A DNA stretch of 40,225 nt from a virus. Its lineage: Duplodnaviria > Caudoviricetes. Positions 9,452 to 18,604 of the stretch are shown in pieces (positions within the stretch are counted from its first letter, which is position 1; each line of letters begins with the position of its first letter). The position numbers were made by a program, and so were the translations under genes. The stretch spans positions 1 to 40,225 of the IMG/VR virus record IMGVR_UViG_3300028587_000016. One strand, 5' to 3'. The notes below the pieces were generated by a model. The model did no database searches and was not told the DNA's origin. It saw only the letters and a list, made by a program, of their open reading frames with translations.

Positions 9452-9466
9452 TATGATCTCACCGTG
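9452..9466 (+). promoter_or_regulatory. Putative leaderless promoter (-10 TATGAT) for the glycosylation cassette
   Basis: TATGAT at 9452-9457, 6 nt before GTG 9464; no SD sequence. Confidence 0.55.
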
Positions 9467-10111
9467 AGCGACCTCCCCGACATCATCTACGTCGTCCGCT
9501 CTGGGGACTCGAATCCGTCACTCCGGTTCAGCCTCCGCTCACTCGCGAACATGCCACACCGGCAGGTGATCGTCGCCGGCTACTGCCCGTCGTGGGTCCG
9601 GAACGTCGCCAAGGTGCCGGTCCGTCGGCAGGTCGACAAGTTCACCAGCATCGAGAACAATCTCATCGCGGCGCTCACCTTGTCAGGTCTCTCAGAACGA
9701 GTTGTCTATTTCAATGACGACTTCTACGTCATGGAGCCGATCGACGAGGTGCCGGTCATGAACGGTGGGCCGTCGTCCACGTACCATCCTGTTGACAAGA
9801 TGCGCTTACGATTCCGCAACACACTCAAGGTGCTCGGCATGGACGACCCCCTGAGGTATGACGGCACGCACGTGCCACTGCCGCTCGACACGTATCATGC
9901 CCGCTACCACCTGAGCAGACTGCCGGACAACGTGCTCTGGAGGACTTGGTACGGCAACGTCGCTGAGATCGGTGGGGTCACGGTTCAGGACGTGAAGAGT
10001 CACGATGGTCGGATCATCCCAGGCCCGTTCATGTCATCGTCGCACCGGGCGATCAACTCGCTCCGTCAGTACCTCGACGACGTCCTGCCCAAGGGAGGCC
10101 CATATGTCTGA
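9464..10111 (+). CDS. Stealth-family-like (hexose-1-phosphate transferase) protein
   Basis: LRFSLRSL, P.WV, SIENNL, LSERVVYFNDDFY and HVP match Stealth conserved regions. Confidence 0.65.
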   Translation: MSDLPDIIYVVRSGDSNPSLRFSLRSLANMPHRQVIVAGYCPSWVRNVAKVPVRRQVDKFTSIENNLIAALTLSGLSERVVYFNDDFYVMEPIDEVPVMNGGPSSTYHPVDKMRLRFRNTLKVLGMDDPLRYDGTHVPLPLDTYHARYHLSRLPDNVLWRTWYGNVAEIGGVTVQDVKSHDGRIIPGPFMSSSHRAINSLRQYLDDVLPKGGPYV

Positions 10112-10691
10112 GACGACGTTCGACTACCACGGAGTCGAGCTCGCGTACTTCGACCACCTCTACAACATCACATTTCTCAACGAGCGTCGCGTCGAGATCG
10201 CCGTCGCTCACCACCGCCTCGGTCAACTCGAGAGTCCGTGGCACCGTGATGGTGGTCTCGAGGTCGGCAACGTGCTCGGGCACTACGAGATGCGATGCCA
10301 CCGAGTGTTTGATCTCTACGAGCAGCCTGCGTGGTATCAGGACTGTCAGAAGGTTCACGCAGTTGACATCCTCAAGTTTCTCGATGTTGAGCATCCTATG
10401 TTCCCGTGGGTGATCTCGATCTCGACGGTCGAGCACACCGAAGATCCGGTGGGGGCGATCGAGGCACTCAGATCGATGGTCGCGCCAGGTGGGTGGCTTC
10501 TCGTGACGTTCCCGACCGGTGTCAATGACGAGTTGGACGAGCTCATCCAGTGGTGCGATCAGACGTTCACTCGGTGGTGTACCATGTCACGCGATGGTGA
10601 AGGATGGCGTCAGGACGTCAAACCGGTCATCAGTCCGTACGGCCCGTGGGCGAACAGCGTCGCGATCTGCGAGTGGGAGGCACCATCGTGA
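10104..10691 (+). CDS. Class I SAM-dependent methyltransferase-like protein
   Basis: NERRVEI, LEVG, VISISTVEH, PGGWLLVTFP; ATG 10104 preceded by GGAGG. Confidence 0.6.
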   Translation: MSETTFDYHGVELAYFDHLYNITFLNERRVEIAVAHHRLGQLESPWHRDGGLEVGNVLGHYEMRCHRVFDLYEQPAWYQDCQKVHAVDILKFLDVEHPMFPWVISISTVEHTEDPVGAIEALRSMVAPGGWLLVTFPTGVNDELDELIQWCDQTFTRWCTMSRDGEGWRQDVKPVISPYGPWANSVAICEWEAPS

Positions 10692-12856
10692 ACGTCGTCA
10701 TCTTCGTGCCGCGTCGTCGCGACGGAGGTTGGAGAGATCAGTTGTGGGAGTTCTGTGTGAAGCGGTGGATCGAGAACTTCCCGGAGTGGCCCATCATCGA
10801 GGGGCACCACGATGAGGGTCCGTTCAACCGGTCGGCGGCGATCAACGAGGCAGCACGGATCGCCGACGAGTTCGTCACAATGAATGGACCGTGGGACGTG
10901 GCGTTCATCATCGACAGTGACACGATCTCAGACCCGGACTTCGTGCGACAGGCCGTCGAGATCGCGCACGAGACGGGCATCCTGACGGTGGCCCACGACC
11001 GACGGCACATGCTGACCGAGTTCGGCACGAAGCGGATCATGGAGGGATACGCAGGCAGTTGGAAGCGATACGTCAAGAGGACGTACAGAGACAGCGTCAG
11101 TTGCGCCGTTGCCGTCTCGAGGAAGACGTGGGATCTCGTCGGCGGCTTCGACGAGAGATTCGTAGGCTGGGGCTATGAGGACACGGGGTTCCACATCGCG
11201 TGCGAGACCGTGACCGACCACTCGATCCAGACGCTCCACTCGGAGTGCTGGCATCTCTGGCACGCGCCACAACCTGAGGCGTACGACGGGTCGCCGACGC
11301 TCGCTCGCAACAAGGCGCTCAAGCTCAAGTACGAGGCGGTCAGATGGCAACCTGATCGGCTGCTCGCCCTGATCCACGGTCAACCGGACCCGGCGTCACC
11401 GACGTACGCGGGCATCCCGAAGATCCTCCACCGGACGGTTCCGGAGCACACCAGTGACGACGTCGAGCGGTGGTGGACCAGATTCGCTGACCTGCACCCG
11501 GATTGGGATCTCAGGACGTACCGAGAGCCGATCGACCCGGCAGATTGGCCGCTCACCGGCGACCTGTTCGGCAGGTGCAAGAGCGGCGCCCAGAAGGCCG
11601 GCCTGATCCGGCTTGAGGCACTCGTCCGGTGGGGAGGTGTGTACGTCGACAGCGACGTCGAGCCCTTCCGCCCGCTCGACCCGCTGCTCCACCTCCCGGC
11701 ATTCGCCGCCTGGGAGGATGAGAAGGTCGTCCCGGATGCCGTGCTCGGTTCGATCCCTGGGCATCCGGCGTTCCGTGAGATGCTCGACAAGGCGCGGTGG
11801 TCCGTCGAGCACGGCGAGGACGAGTGGAAGAGTGGGCCCGGTGTCAGCACGGCCGTCCTGCCGAAGCGAGATGATGTCTTGGTCCTCCCTCCCGGCGCGT
11901 TCTACCCGGCGCACTACCTGGAGAAGGCCAAGCTCGGCACGAACGGCGAGCGACCGTGGGTGTTCCTCGAGCACAAGTGGTATCACAGTTGGGGAAGTCC
12001 TGCCCAGCTTGAGTCGAATCGTCGTCGGCAGAGAGTTCCAGAGCCGACGTCGTTGGTACCGGTCCCGGTCACTGACGCCAAGGTCGCTCTGTGCATGCCA
12101 TGGAGGCCCAGCACGGACAGAACGCGCATCGCGGCGCACGACTGGTGCGTCAAGTACTGGGCGGAGCGGGGACTCGCGGTCTACGAGAGTACGGGGGCGA
12201 GCAGATCTGAGATGTGCAACACGGCGGCCGCGATGGCACTCACTGATGGCTGGGCGGACGTGATCGCGTTCGTCGACGCGGACACGTGGGTGCCGATCGC
12301 GCAACTCATCTCGGCAGTCCAGGTCGCGCGTGAGACCGATCACATCGTTCATGCCTTCACCGAGTACTACAACGTCGGGCAGGCGGTGACGCAGAGGGGA
12401 CTCAGGTCGCGGGCGCCTGTCGTGTCGCAGATCATACGCGGTCTGCAGCCGAAGCGGACTCACGTGTCGGGCGTGACCGTGCTCTCTGTCGATCTGCTCG
12501 AGAAGATCGGCGGGTACGACCAGAGATTCGTCGGGTGGGGCTTCGAGGATCAGGCGCTGAATCTGGCAGCGGTGACGATCGGCGACGGTGTCCATCGGAT
12601 CAATGGACCTGCCGTGCACTGGTTCCACCGACCAGACCCGACCAAGCACCGTCCGATCGGGCCGTCTGACGACGGCGTGCGCCTCATCGCTCGGTACTGT
12701 CAGGCCGCCGGCTGGACACCCTCTGGTGGGTACGTGGCGCGTCTCGCGGCGAGAAGGGTATTCGAGCCCGTAGAGGGAGGTACTCCGGATCGAGATGCGA
12801 TGATCGCTCTCCTGTCGGAGGACGGCGGACCGCTCGCTCACCGAGTGGTAATCTGA
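10688..12856 (+). CDS. Three-domain glycosyltransferase (GT2-like + GT32-like DXD + GT2-like)
   Basis: Domain 1: IDSD...GGFDERFVGWGYED. Domain 2: PKILH...GGVYVDSDV. Domain 3: VDAD...GGYDQRFVGWGFED. GTGA overlap start. Confidence 0.85.
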   Translation: MNVVIFVPRRRDGGWRDQLWEFCVKRWIENFPEWPIIEGHHDEGPFNRSAAINEAARIADEFVTMNGPWDVAFIIDSDTISDPDFVRQAVEIAHETGILTVAHDRRHMLTEFGTKRIMEGYAGSWKRYVKRTYRDSVSCAVAVSRKTWDLVGGFDERFVGWGYEDTGFHIACETVTDHSIQTLHSECWHLWHAPQPEAYDGSPTLARNKALKLKYEAVRWQPDRLLALIHGQPDPASPTYAGIPKILHRTVPEHTSDDVERWWTRFADLHPDWDLRTYREPIDPADWPLTGDLFGRCKSGAQKAGLIRLEALVRWGGVYVDSDVEPFRPLDPLLHLPAFAAWEDEKVVPDAVLGSIPGHPAFREMLDKARWSVEHGEDEWKSGPGVSTAVLPKRDDVLVLPPGAFYPAHYLEKAKLGTNGERPWVFLEHKWYHSWGSPAQLESNRRRQRVPEPTSLVPVPVTDAKVALCMPWRPSTDRTRIAAHDWCVKYWAERGLAVYESTGASRSEMCNTAAAMALTDGWADVIAFVDADTWVPIAQLISAVQVARETDHIVHAFTEYYNVGQAVTQRGLRSRAPVVSQIIRGLQPKRTHVSGVTVLSVDLLEKIGGYDQRFVGWGFEDQALNLAAVTIGDGVHRINGPAVHWFHRPDPTKHRPIGPSDDGVRLIARYCQAAGWTPSGGYVARLAARRVFEPVEGGTPDRDAMIALLSEDGGPLAHRVVI

Positions 12857-12860
12857 CCCC

Positions 12861-13541
12861 ATGCCTGCGTGCGACTGGGAGCCGATCGGCTGCGACGGCT
12901 GCTCCGAGTTCTCGACACTCGACGACGCGCAACGTCAGGAGATCCAGGCATGGGCGGTCAATCGGTTGTGGCTCTGGACTCACCAGCGTTTCGGGCCGTG
13001 CCCGGTCACGATGCACAACGACAGTCCGGAGTGTTGCGGTGCGACGTTAGAGGCTCAGCTCCGCGGGATCATCTGTCTCGACAACGAGATCGTCCTCCCC
13101 GGTCCGATCTCTGAGCCGATCTCGATCGTCATCGACGGCGAGGACCTTGACCCGTGCTTATTCCATGTCGACGACTACAACATCCTCGTCCGAGACGACG
13201 GTGGCAAGTTCGTCGGCGACTGGGAGATCGTCTATCTGCTCGGCGAGGCCGTGCCTCCGGGCGGTGGCATCGTCGCCGGTATCCTCGCGAGGGAGTACGC
13301 CAAGTCGATGTGCGGCGACAGCACGTGCCGCCTCCCGAAGCGCATCACGTCCATCACGCGACAAGGTCTCACGATGGGTCTGATCGACAACTTCGGGAAC
13401 CTCAAGGACGGCTACACCGGCATCTGGGAGATCGACGACTGGATCGCCGCGCAGAACGAGCCGGCCCAGCGCTCGAGCGTCTTCAGCCCAGACATCCCGC
13501 GGTATCGGACGACGACCTGGACGTGCGATGAGAGTAGCTGA
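12861..13541 (+). CDS. Head-to-tail adaptor
   Basis: LW.WT..RFGPC, CRLPKRITSITRQG, TGIWEIDDWI motifs; synteny. Confidence 0.7.
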   Translation: MPACDWEPIGCDGCSEFSTLDDAQRQEIQAWAVNRLWLWTHQRFGPCPVTMHNDSPECCGATLEAQLRGIICLDNEIVLPGPISEPISIVIDGEDLDPCLFHVDDYNILVRDDGGKFVGDWEIVYLLGEAVPPGGGIVAGILAREYAKSMCGDSTCRLPKRITSITRQGLTMGLIDNFGNLKDGYTGIWEIDDWIAAQNEPAQRSSVFSPDIPRYRTTTWTCDESS

Positions 13542-14034
13542 CGCGCTCGACGAGCTGCTCGAGTGCGCTCATGACGCCATCGACCCGCCGGTCTGCCGCT
13601 CGTTCATCCATCCTGGACCGAACGCACCGCACGACGTGTGCGAGATCGGCAAGAACGGCACGGACGGTCAGCTCTGGGTGGCGAGTCTCGGGACGACCCC
13701 TGGGTGGCCCGACCCGACCGGGGAGCCGACTACCTGTGCCACCGCGTGGGCGGAGAGGATCGAGATCGGCATCGTCAGGTGTGCCAAGGGGAGACTCCAG
13801 GACGACGGGAGCTCGCCCGCCGAGGAGGACGTGACCGCGGACGCGACCCAGCAGCACGTCGACAAGCTCGCCGTTCGATACGTCATCATGTGCTGCTTCG
13901 GCATCGAGCCCAAGGACCTCGTCGTCGAGGGATGGGATCCTGTCGACCCGCAGGGCGGCTGCGTCGGCGGCGTGTGGACGATTCGCATCCGCGACGCCGG
14001 TTGCGACTGCGCGAGTTGGACTCCTGGTGCCTGA
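13528..14034 (+). CDS. Putative tail terminator / head-tail connector
   Basis: GQLWV, IGIVRC, PQGGCVGGVW motifs; synteny. Confidence 0.55.
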   Translation: MRVADALDELLECAHDAIDPPVCRSFIHPGPNAPHDVCEIGKNGTDGQLWVASLGTTPGWPDPTGEPTTCATAWAERIEIGIVRCAKGRLQDDGSSPAEEDVTADATQQHVDKLAVRYVIMCCFGIEPKDLVVEGWDPVDPQGGCVGGVWTIRIRDAGCDCASWTPGA

Positions 14035-14452
14035 TGGCGCGAAGTGCACGGTAACGGTCCGACTCGACAAGAGAGCGCTGGACCGAGAGCTCCAGGGTCG
14101 CGATGGCGCCGTCGGGCACGTGATCGCCGGGTTCGGCGGCATCGTGACCAAGGAGATCAAGGCGGTGTTCCGGGAGCGGGCAGGCGGGGTCTTCTGGAAG
14201 ACGACCACGCACGTCGAGCAGGGCACCAGGGGCACCAGGGCGATCATCACGGTCAAGCGGTCGAAGCCCCATAGCATCGTCGCAAAGAACGCGCCGGCTC
14301 TGATCTTCTACTGGCAGCGCGAGTCAAAGTGGTTCGTCGGGCCGTCGGTGAATCACCCAGGTTCCGCGCCGCCGGAGGAGTTGATACTATCTGGAATCGC
14401 GAACGCAGGTCGCCGGGTGACGTTCACCCGGGCAGCTCCGACGATCGCCTGA
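14027..14452 (+). CDS. Putative neck / tail completion protein (HK97 gp10-like position)
   Basis: Basic protein with PH.I.AK..PALIF and VNHPG motifs. Confidence 0.55.
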   Translation: MPDGAKCTVTVRLDKRALDRELQGRDGAVGHVIAGFGGIVTKEIKAVFRERAGGVFWKTTTHVEQGTRGTRAIITVKRSKPHSIVAKNAPALIFYWQRESKWFVGPSVNHPGSAPPEELILSGIANAGRRVTFTRAAPTIA

Positions 14453-14469
14453 CAGGAGGGTCAAGGGAC

Positions 14470-14805
14470 ATGGTGAAGTCGTTCGAGACGAAGCAGCGCG
14501 AGCGGAAGGTCACAGAGTTCGAGCTGGACGGTGAGACATTCACGTTCACTCATCCGAAGAAGGCGAGCCTCATCATGAGCGTCGTCGAGGAGGGCGGGCT
14601 CGACAAGAACACGACAGACTCCGACAGCATCCGCGACCTGCTCAATTGGCTCGGAGAGGGTCTCAGCGAGGAGCAGGGCGACAAGATCCTCGCTCGACTC
14701 CGTGACCCGCAGGACGACTTTGATCTCCCCGATGTCAACGACATCGCTCGACACCTGCTGGCACAGACCAGCAACCGCCCTACGAGGCGGCGATTCGCCT
14801 CATAG
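14470..14805 (+). CDS. Tail assembly chaperone
   Basis: AGGAGG RBS; FELDGETF; ends ...SNRPT; two genes upstream of tape measure. Confidence 0.75.
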   Translation: MVKSFETKQRERKVTEFELDGETFTFTHPKKASLIMSVVEEGGLDKNTTDSDSIRDLLNWLGEGLSEEQGDKILARLRDPQDDFDLPDVNDIARHLLAQTSNRPTRRRFAS

Positions 14806-15050
14806 GCGTGTCGCTGAGTGACGACTTCGACGGCTGGGCGACCGCGAATCATCTCGACCTTGGCAAGATGCCGATCAAGAAGGCCCTGAACGTCGTCTGG
14901 CACTATCTCACCAAGGACGGAGATCAGAAGGGCATCGACGCCCTCAGGGCGAACCTGATGCGACCGCTCCCAGGCGACCACGAGGTCAGTGAAGAGGTAG
15001 TATCAGCCGAGCTCGACATGTTCCGGACGGCAATGAGTAAGAAGATCTGA
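14778..15050 (+). CDS. Tail assembly chaperone extension (probable -1 frameshift product; alternatively GTG start at 14808)
   Basis: The -1 frame is open across the chaperone stop (PYEAAIRLIGVSLSDDFDGW...) and ends at TGATG with the tape measure. Confidence 0.6.
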   Translation, partial: PYEAAIRLIGVSLSDDFDGWATANHLDLGKMPIKKALNVVWHYLTKDGDQKGIDALRANLMRPLPGDHEVSEEVVSAELDMFRTAMSKKI

Positions 15051-18000
15051 TGGCGACCAAGATCGGCGACCTCTTCTTCGCGGTTACCGCGAATACCTCG
15101 GACGCTGCCCGCGCCATCTATGCCCTCGGCGGAGCTGGTCAGGACGCCGCGTCGATCATCAGCACGAGTCTTGCGGTCGCGTTCGGGGCTGCCGCGGTCG
15201 CCGCCGCGACGGCAGTCGCCGTGATCACGTACCAGGTCGTGAAGATGGGTGCGGCGTTCAACGTCGCGAGTCAGCAGGCGTTCGGTCTCTTCACCGCTCT
15301 GACGGGATCTGTCAGTGAGGCGACGGTACTCATGCGTGAGTTTGCCGAGCTGACACTCAGCAGCCCGATCTTCGACACTGCCAACCTTCAGAGGACCATG
15401 TCTCTGCTCCTCACGTTCGGTGTCGCGAGTGACTTCGCGTTCGAGATGGCGAAGAACATCAACCTCGCGGCCATCGCGCTCGGCAAGGGCGAGTTGGGTG
15501 CCGTTCAACTCGCCAGAGCCATCGGTCAGATCCAGGGTCGCGGTTGGCTCGAGGGAGATGAGGCCCGTCAACTCTCGGAGGTCGGCGTCAACGCGTACGC
15601 CGTCATCGCCGAGGCCATCGGGAAGACCACGGGCGAGGTCATGAAGATGGGTCGCGCCCATCAATTGCTCGCCGAGGACGTCATCCCGATCCTCAACGCG
15701 CACCTCAACGAGACATTCGGGCCCGTCGCGCAGAACCTCCTCAACACGTACAAGGTCCAGGTGCAGGGCCTCAAGAACGTCCTCACCGGCATCGGGTCTG
15801 CGATCGTCGAGCCGTTCGCCGGCAGGACCGGAGGTGGCGTCCTCGTCGAGTTCATCAAGGACGTCCGCGAAGAGCTCTCGAGTGTGATCGAGGTCGGGTC
15901 CGACGGGACATTCAAGCTCGTAGGCGCGCTCGAGCCGCTCAATGAGCTGACGACGGCTCTCGCGGCCGGCTTCGCGGATATGGGTGACTCGTTCGTGCGC
16001 ATGCTCGGTCAGGCGACAGAGAGCGAGGCGCTCGGAGGATTCATCAGAGAGCTCGCTGAGGCGGTCCCGGGCATCGTCGATGGCATCCAGAAGTTCTCAT
16101 CGGGAGCAGCCGACTTCTTCGGTGACCTGTTCAAGGCGCTCGGGCCCGTCCTTCCCGCACTTGGGCAGACGTTCGCGCTTCTCGGTGACTTCGTCATCAA
16201 CGCGCTGCCTGCCGCAGCCGAGGCAGTCGTGAGCTTCGTGGACGCCGCGGCACCGATCGCGGCCACACTGGTAAACATCACCAATCTGCTCCTCAAGTTC
16301 GCATCGCCGATCATCGTCGACCTGCTCGAGGGGTTGGCCACCGTCTTCGGAGATCTCGCTGACGTCATCGATGCTCTCGGCGGACCGCTGTCGCTCGTCG
16401 TCGGGTACTTCGGCACGCTGGCCACGAACGCTCTACTGGCCAGTAGGGCGGGTCAACTCAGCGTCTTGACGAGCGGCATCAGCGGACTCGCGACGGCCTT
16501 TGCCGGCCTGGCCGTGCAGATCGGTCTGGTGCTCGCGGCGATGGCTACATGGCAGGCTGTCAGTGCCGGCGTGCGCGGTGGTAAGGCTCAAGATGACTTC
16601 CTCTACGGTGACGTCCCCGCGTGGCAGCAACCGTTCCAGTCGGCTGGCCGGATCGGACGCGCGATCGGCATCGAGGCGTGGGGTGGTGACGGTTGGGCGA
16701 CGATCGTCCAGGAGGACCTCCAGCACGCCGCCGACTCCTCGGAGGAGTTCGGCAGGGAGTTCGCGCAGTCGATGCGCCACTCTGAACTCAGCGTCGAGGA
16801 GTTCCAAGATGCGATGGAGACTGCGGGTCTCGACTTCTTCGCGCAGAGCGCCGGGGCCGCCGAGTACCGTGACATCATCGCCGACATCGCCGCCGAGATC
16901 CAGGCCGCGAATGTCGCCGAGGGCATCAGGACGTCGGGTATGGCCGCCGACCTATTCGAGGCGCGCGACGCTGCGCGGGCCGCGGCGATAGCGACCGGTG
17001 AGTTCGGCGAGGAGGTCGAGGAAGACGTCGACATCCTCAAGGAACTCGGCCGTGTCGCCAATGAGGCTTGGGATGCGGTCAAGCAACTTCTCAGTGCCGA
17101 CAAGGGCGCCACCATCGACGAGTTCCTCATGAAGTTGCCCGGGCTCGCCGAGAATGTCACGAACGCGCTGAAGATGGACCCGGGCATCCTCCGTGATCTC
17201 GATCTCCGCGGCGCGACGGAGGATGTCAAGCAGGTCGCTCGCGATCTCGTCATGACGCTGTCGAAGGACTACGGCATGTCGCTCGACCAGATCCGAGCCA
17301 TGCTCGACCAGCGAGGTCTCGGCGGCGTGATCGAGGCGCTCGGGACGATCACCAAGGAGACGACTCAGACGGTCGACCCGCTGATCGCGAAGTACGGTCA
17401 GTTGGGCGCGTCGGCCGACGAGATCAGTGAGGCACTTCGCAACCTCAACGAGCAGCGACAGACCGCGATTCAGGCCCAGATCGATCAGGTTGAGGCGTCA
17501 CTGCGCGACGCTCGGATTGCCGCCGAGGAGGCGCGCGACGCGGTCAAGGACTTCCTCTCCGGCGGCTACCTGGACAGTCCGCAACAGCTCGTCGATCAAC
17601 TCATCGGAGACATCGGCGGCATCGGGTCCAGCATCGAGGACGCGCTCAAGCAGGGTGGCGTCCGCGGTGAGGCCGCGGCCCGGCTCGCGCTCGGTGACCT
17701 CGCGGGTCAGTTGGCCGAGATCGTCAATGCCGGCTTCGAGCAGGGTCTCAGCGGTGCGCAGATCGTCGACCTGATCGGACCCGTCATGACGGCGATCAAT
17801 GAGGAGGTCGGCCAGGGCGCCAATCGCATCAGCTCGCTCGACTGGACCGAGGGCATCACGCCGAACGCCGGCAGCAAGATCATGGACGCCCTCATGAGCG
17901 GCATGGACCCGGGAGCGATCCAGGATCTCATCAACAACATCCTCGGCGCGGACGCGAGTGTCGCCGGACTCGAGGCCAGACTCGAGAGCCTCCAGGCCGA

Positions 18001-18604
18001 GATGAGTGTCGACGCCGAGTTCAGTCAGGCGCAGGTCCAGGCGGCGCTCGACGAGATCCACGCGTCGACGATGGTCGAGCCGGTCGTCACGCCAGAGGCC
18101 GCCCAGCTCGTGTTCGACGCGATCCAGGACGTGCTGAACACGGAGGGTCTCGAGCCATCCATCGACAAGGCACTCATGATCCAGCAGATCCTCGACGCCG
18201 CCAAGGAAGCGGAACGTCAGATCTCGCTCGTGTTCGACTCCAATCTCTCATTCGACACGGCATCACTCCACGAGGTCGCCCGAGCGGTCGGCGAGGAGTT
18301 CTACGCGGCGTTCAACGACCAGTTGATGCAGATCCGCGATCAGCGAGCTCAGGAGTGGGGCTTCGAGAACTACAGCCAGATGCAGCAGGCGCTCGGCCCG
18401 GCGGTCGCGGCGGCCACCATCGGCGGTACCAACATCACGCAGACGATCCAGAACGACATCCGCATCGACGGGAGTGCCAGCCCGATCTCTACCGCGAGCG
18501 AGATCGTCGCCGCGTCGAGTGCCGCAGCCGGTAGCGGTGGGCGATACGACCCCGGTAAGTACTACGGCCAGGGCGGCCAGTACGTCGGATCGGGCCCCCG
18601 CTGA
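15050..18604 (+). CDS. Tape measure protein
   Basis: 1184 aa, Ala/Leu-rich helical; N-terminal tape-measure motif AIGQIQGRGWLEGDEARQL; follows chaperones. Confidence 0.9.
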   Translation: MATKIGDLFFAVTANTSDAARAIYALGGAGQDAASIISTSLAVAFGAAAVAAATAVAVITYQVVKMGAAFNVASQQAFGLFTALTGSVSEATVLMREFAELTLSSPIFDTANLQRTMSLLLTFGVASDFAFEMAKNINLAAIALGKGELGAVQLARAIGQIQGRGWLEGDEARQLSEVGVNAYAVIAEAIGKTTGEVMKMGRAHQLLAEDVIPILNAHLNETFGPVAQNLLNTYKVQVQGLKNVLTGIGSAIVEPFAGRTGGGVLVEFIKDVREELSSVIEVGSDGTFKLVGALEPLNELTTALAAGFADMGDSFVRMLGQATESEALGGFIRELAEAVPGIVDGIQKFSSGAADFFGDLFKALGPVLPALGQTFALLGDFVINALPAAAEAVVSFVDAAAPIAATLVNITNLLLKFASPIIVDLLEGLATVFGDLADVIDALGGPLSLVVGYFGTLATNALLASRAGQLSVLTSGISGLATAFAGLAVQIGLVLAAMATWQAVSAGVRGGKAQDDFLYGDVPAWQQPFQSAGRIGRAIGIEAWGGDGWATIVQEDLQHAADSSEEFGREFAQSMRHSELSVEEFQDAMETAGLDFFAQSAGAAEYRDIIADIAAEIQAANVAEGIRTSGMAADLFEARDAARAAAIATGEFGEEVEEDVDILKELGRVANEAWDAVKQLLSADKGATIDEFLMKLPGLAENVTNALKMDPGILRDLDLRGATEDVKQVARDLVMTLSKDYGMSLDQIRAMLDQRGLGGVIEALGTITKETTQTVDPLIAKYGQLGASADEISEALRNLNEQRQTAIQAQIDQVEASLRDARIAAEEARDAVKDFLSGGYLDSPQQLVDQLIGDIGGIGSSIEDALKQGGVRGEAAARLALGDLAGQLAEIVNAGFEQGLSGAQIVDLIGPVMTAINEEVGQGANRISSLDWTEGITPNAGSKIMDALMSGMDPGAIQDLINNILGADASVAGLEARLESLQAEMSVDAEFSQAQVQAALDEIHASTMVEPVVTPEAAQLVFDAIQDVLNTEGLEPSIDKALMIQQILDAAKEAERQISLVFDSNLSFDTASLHEVARAVGEEFYAAFNDQLMQIRDQRAQEWGFENYSQMQQALGPAVAAATIGGTNITQTIQNDIRIDGSASPISTASEIVAASSAAAGSGGRYDPGKYYGQGGQYVGSGPR

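Noticed and set aside
9464-12856. Glycosyltransferases as DNA-modifying enzymes
   Set aside because: Their position within the structural operon and the C-terminal serines of virion proteins favour protein glycosylation; not formally excluded
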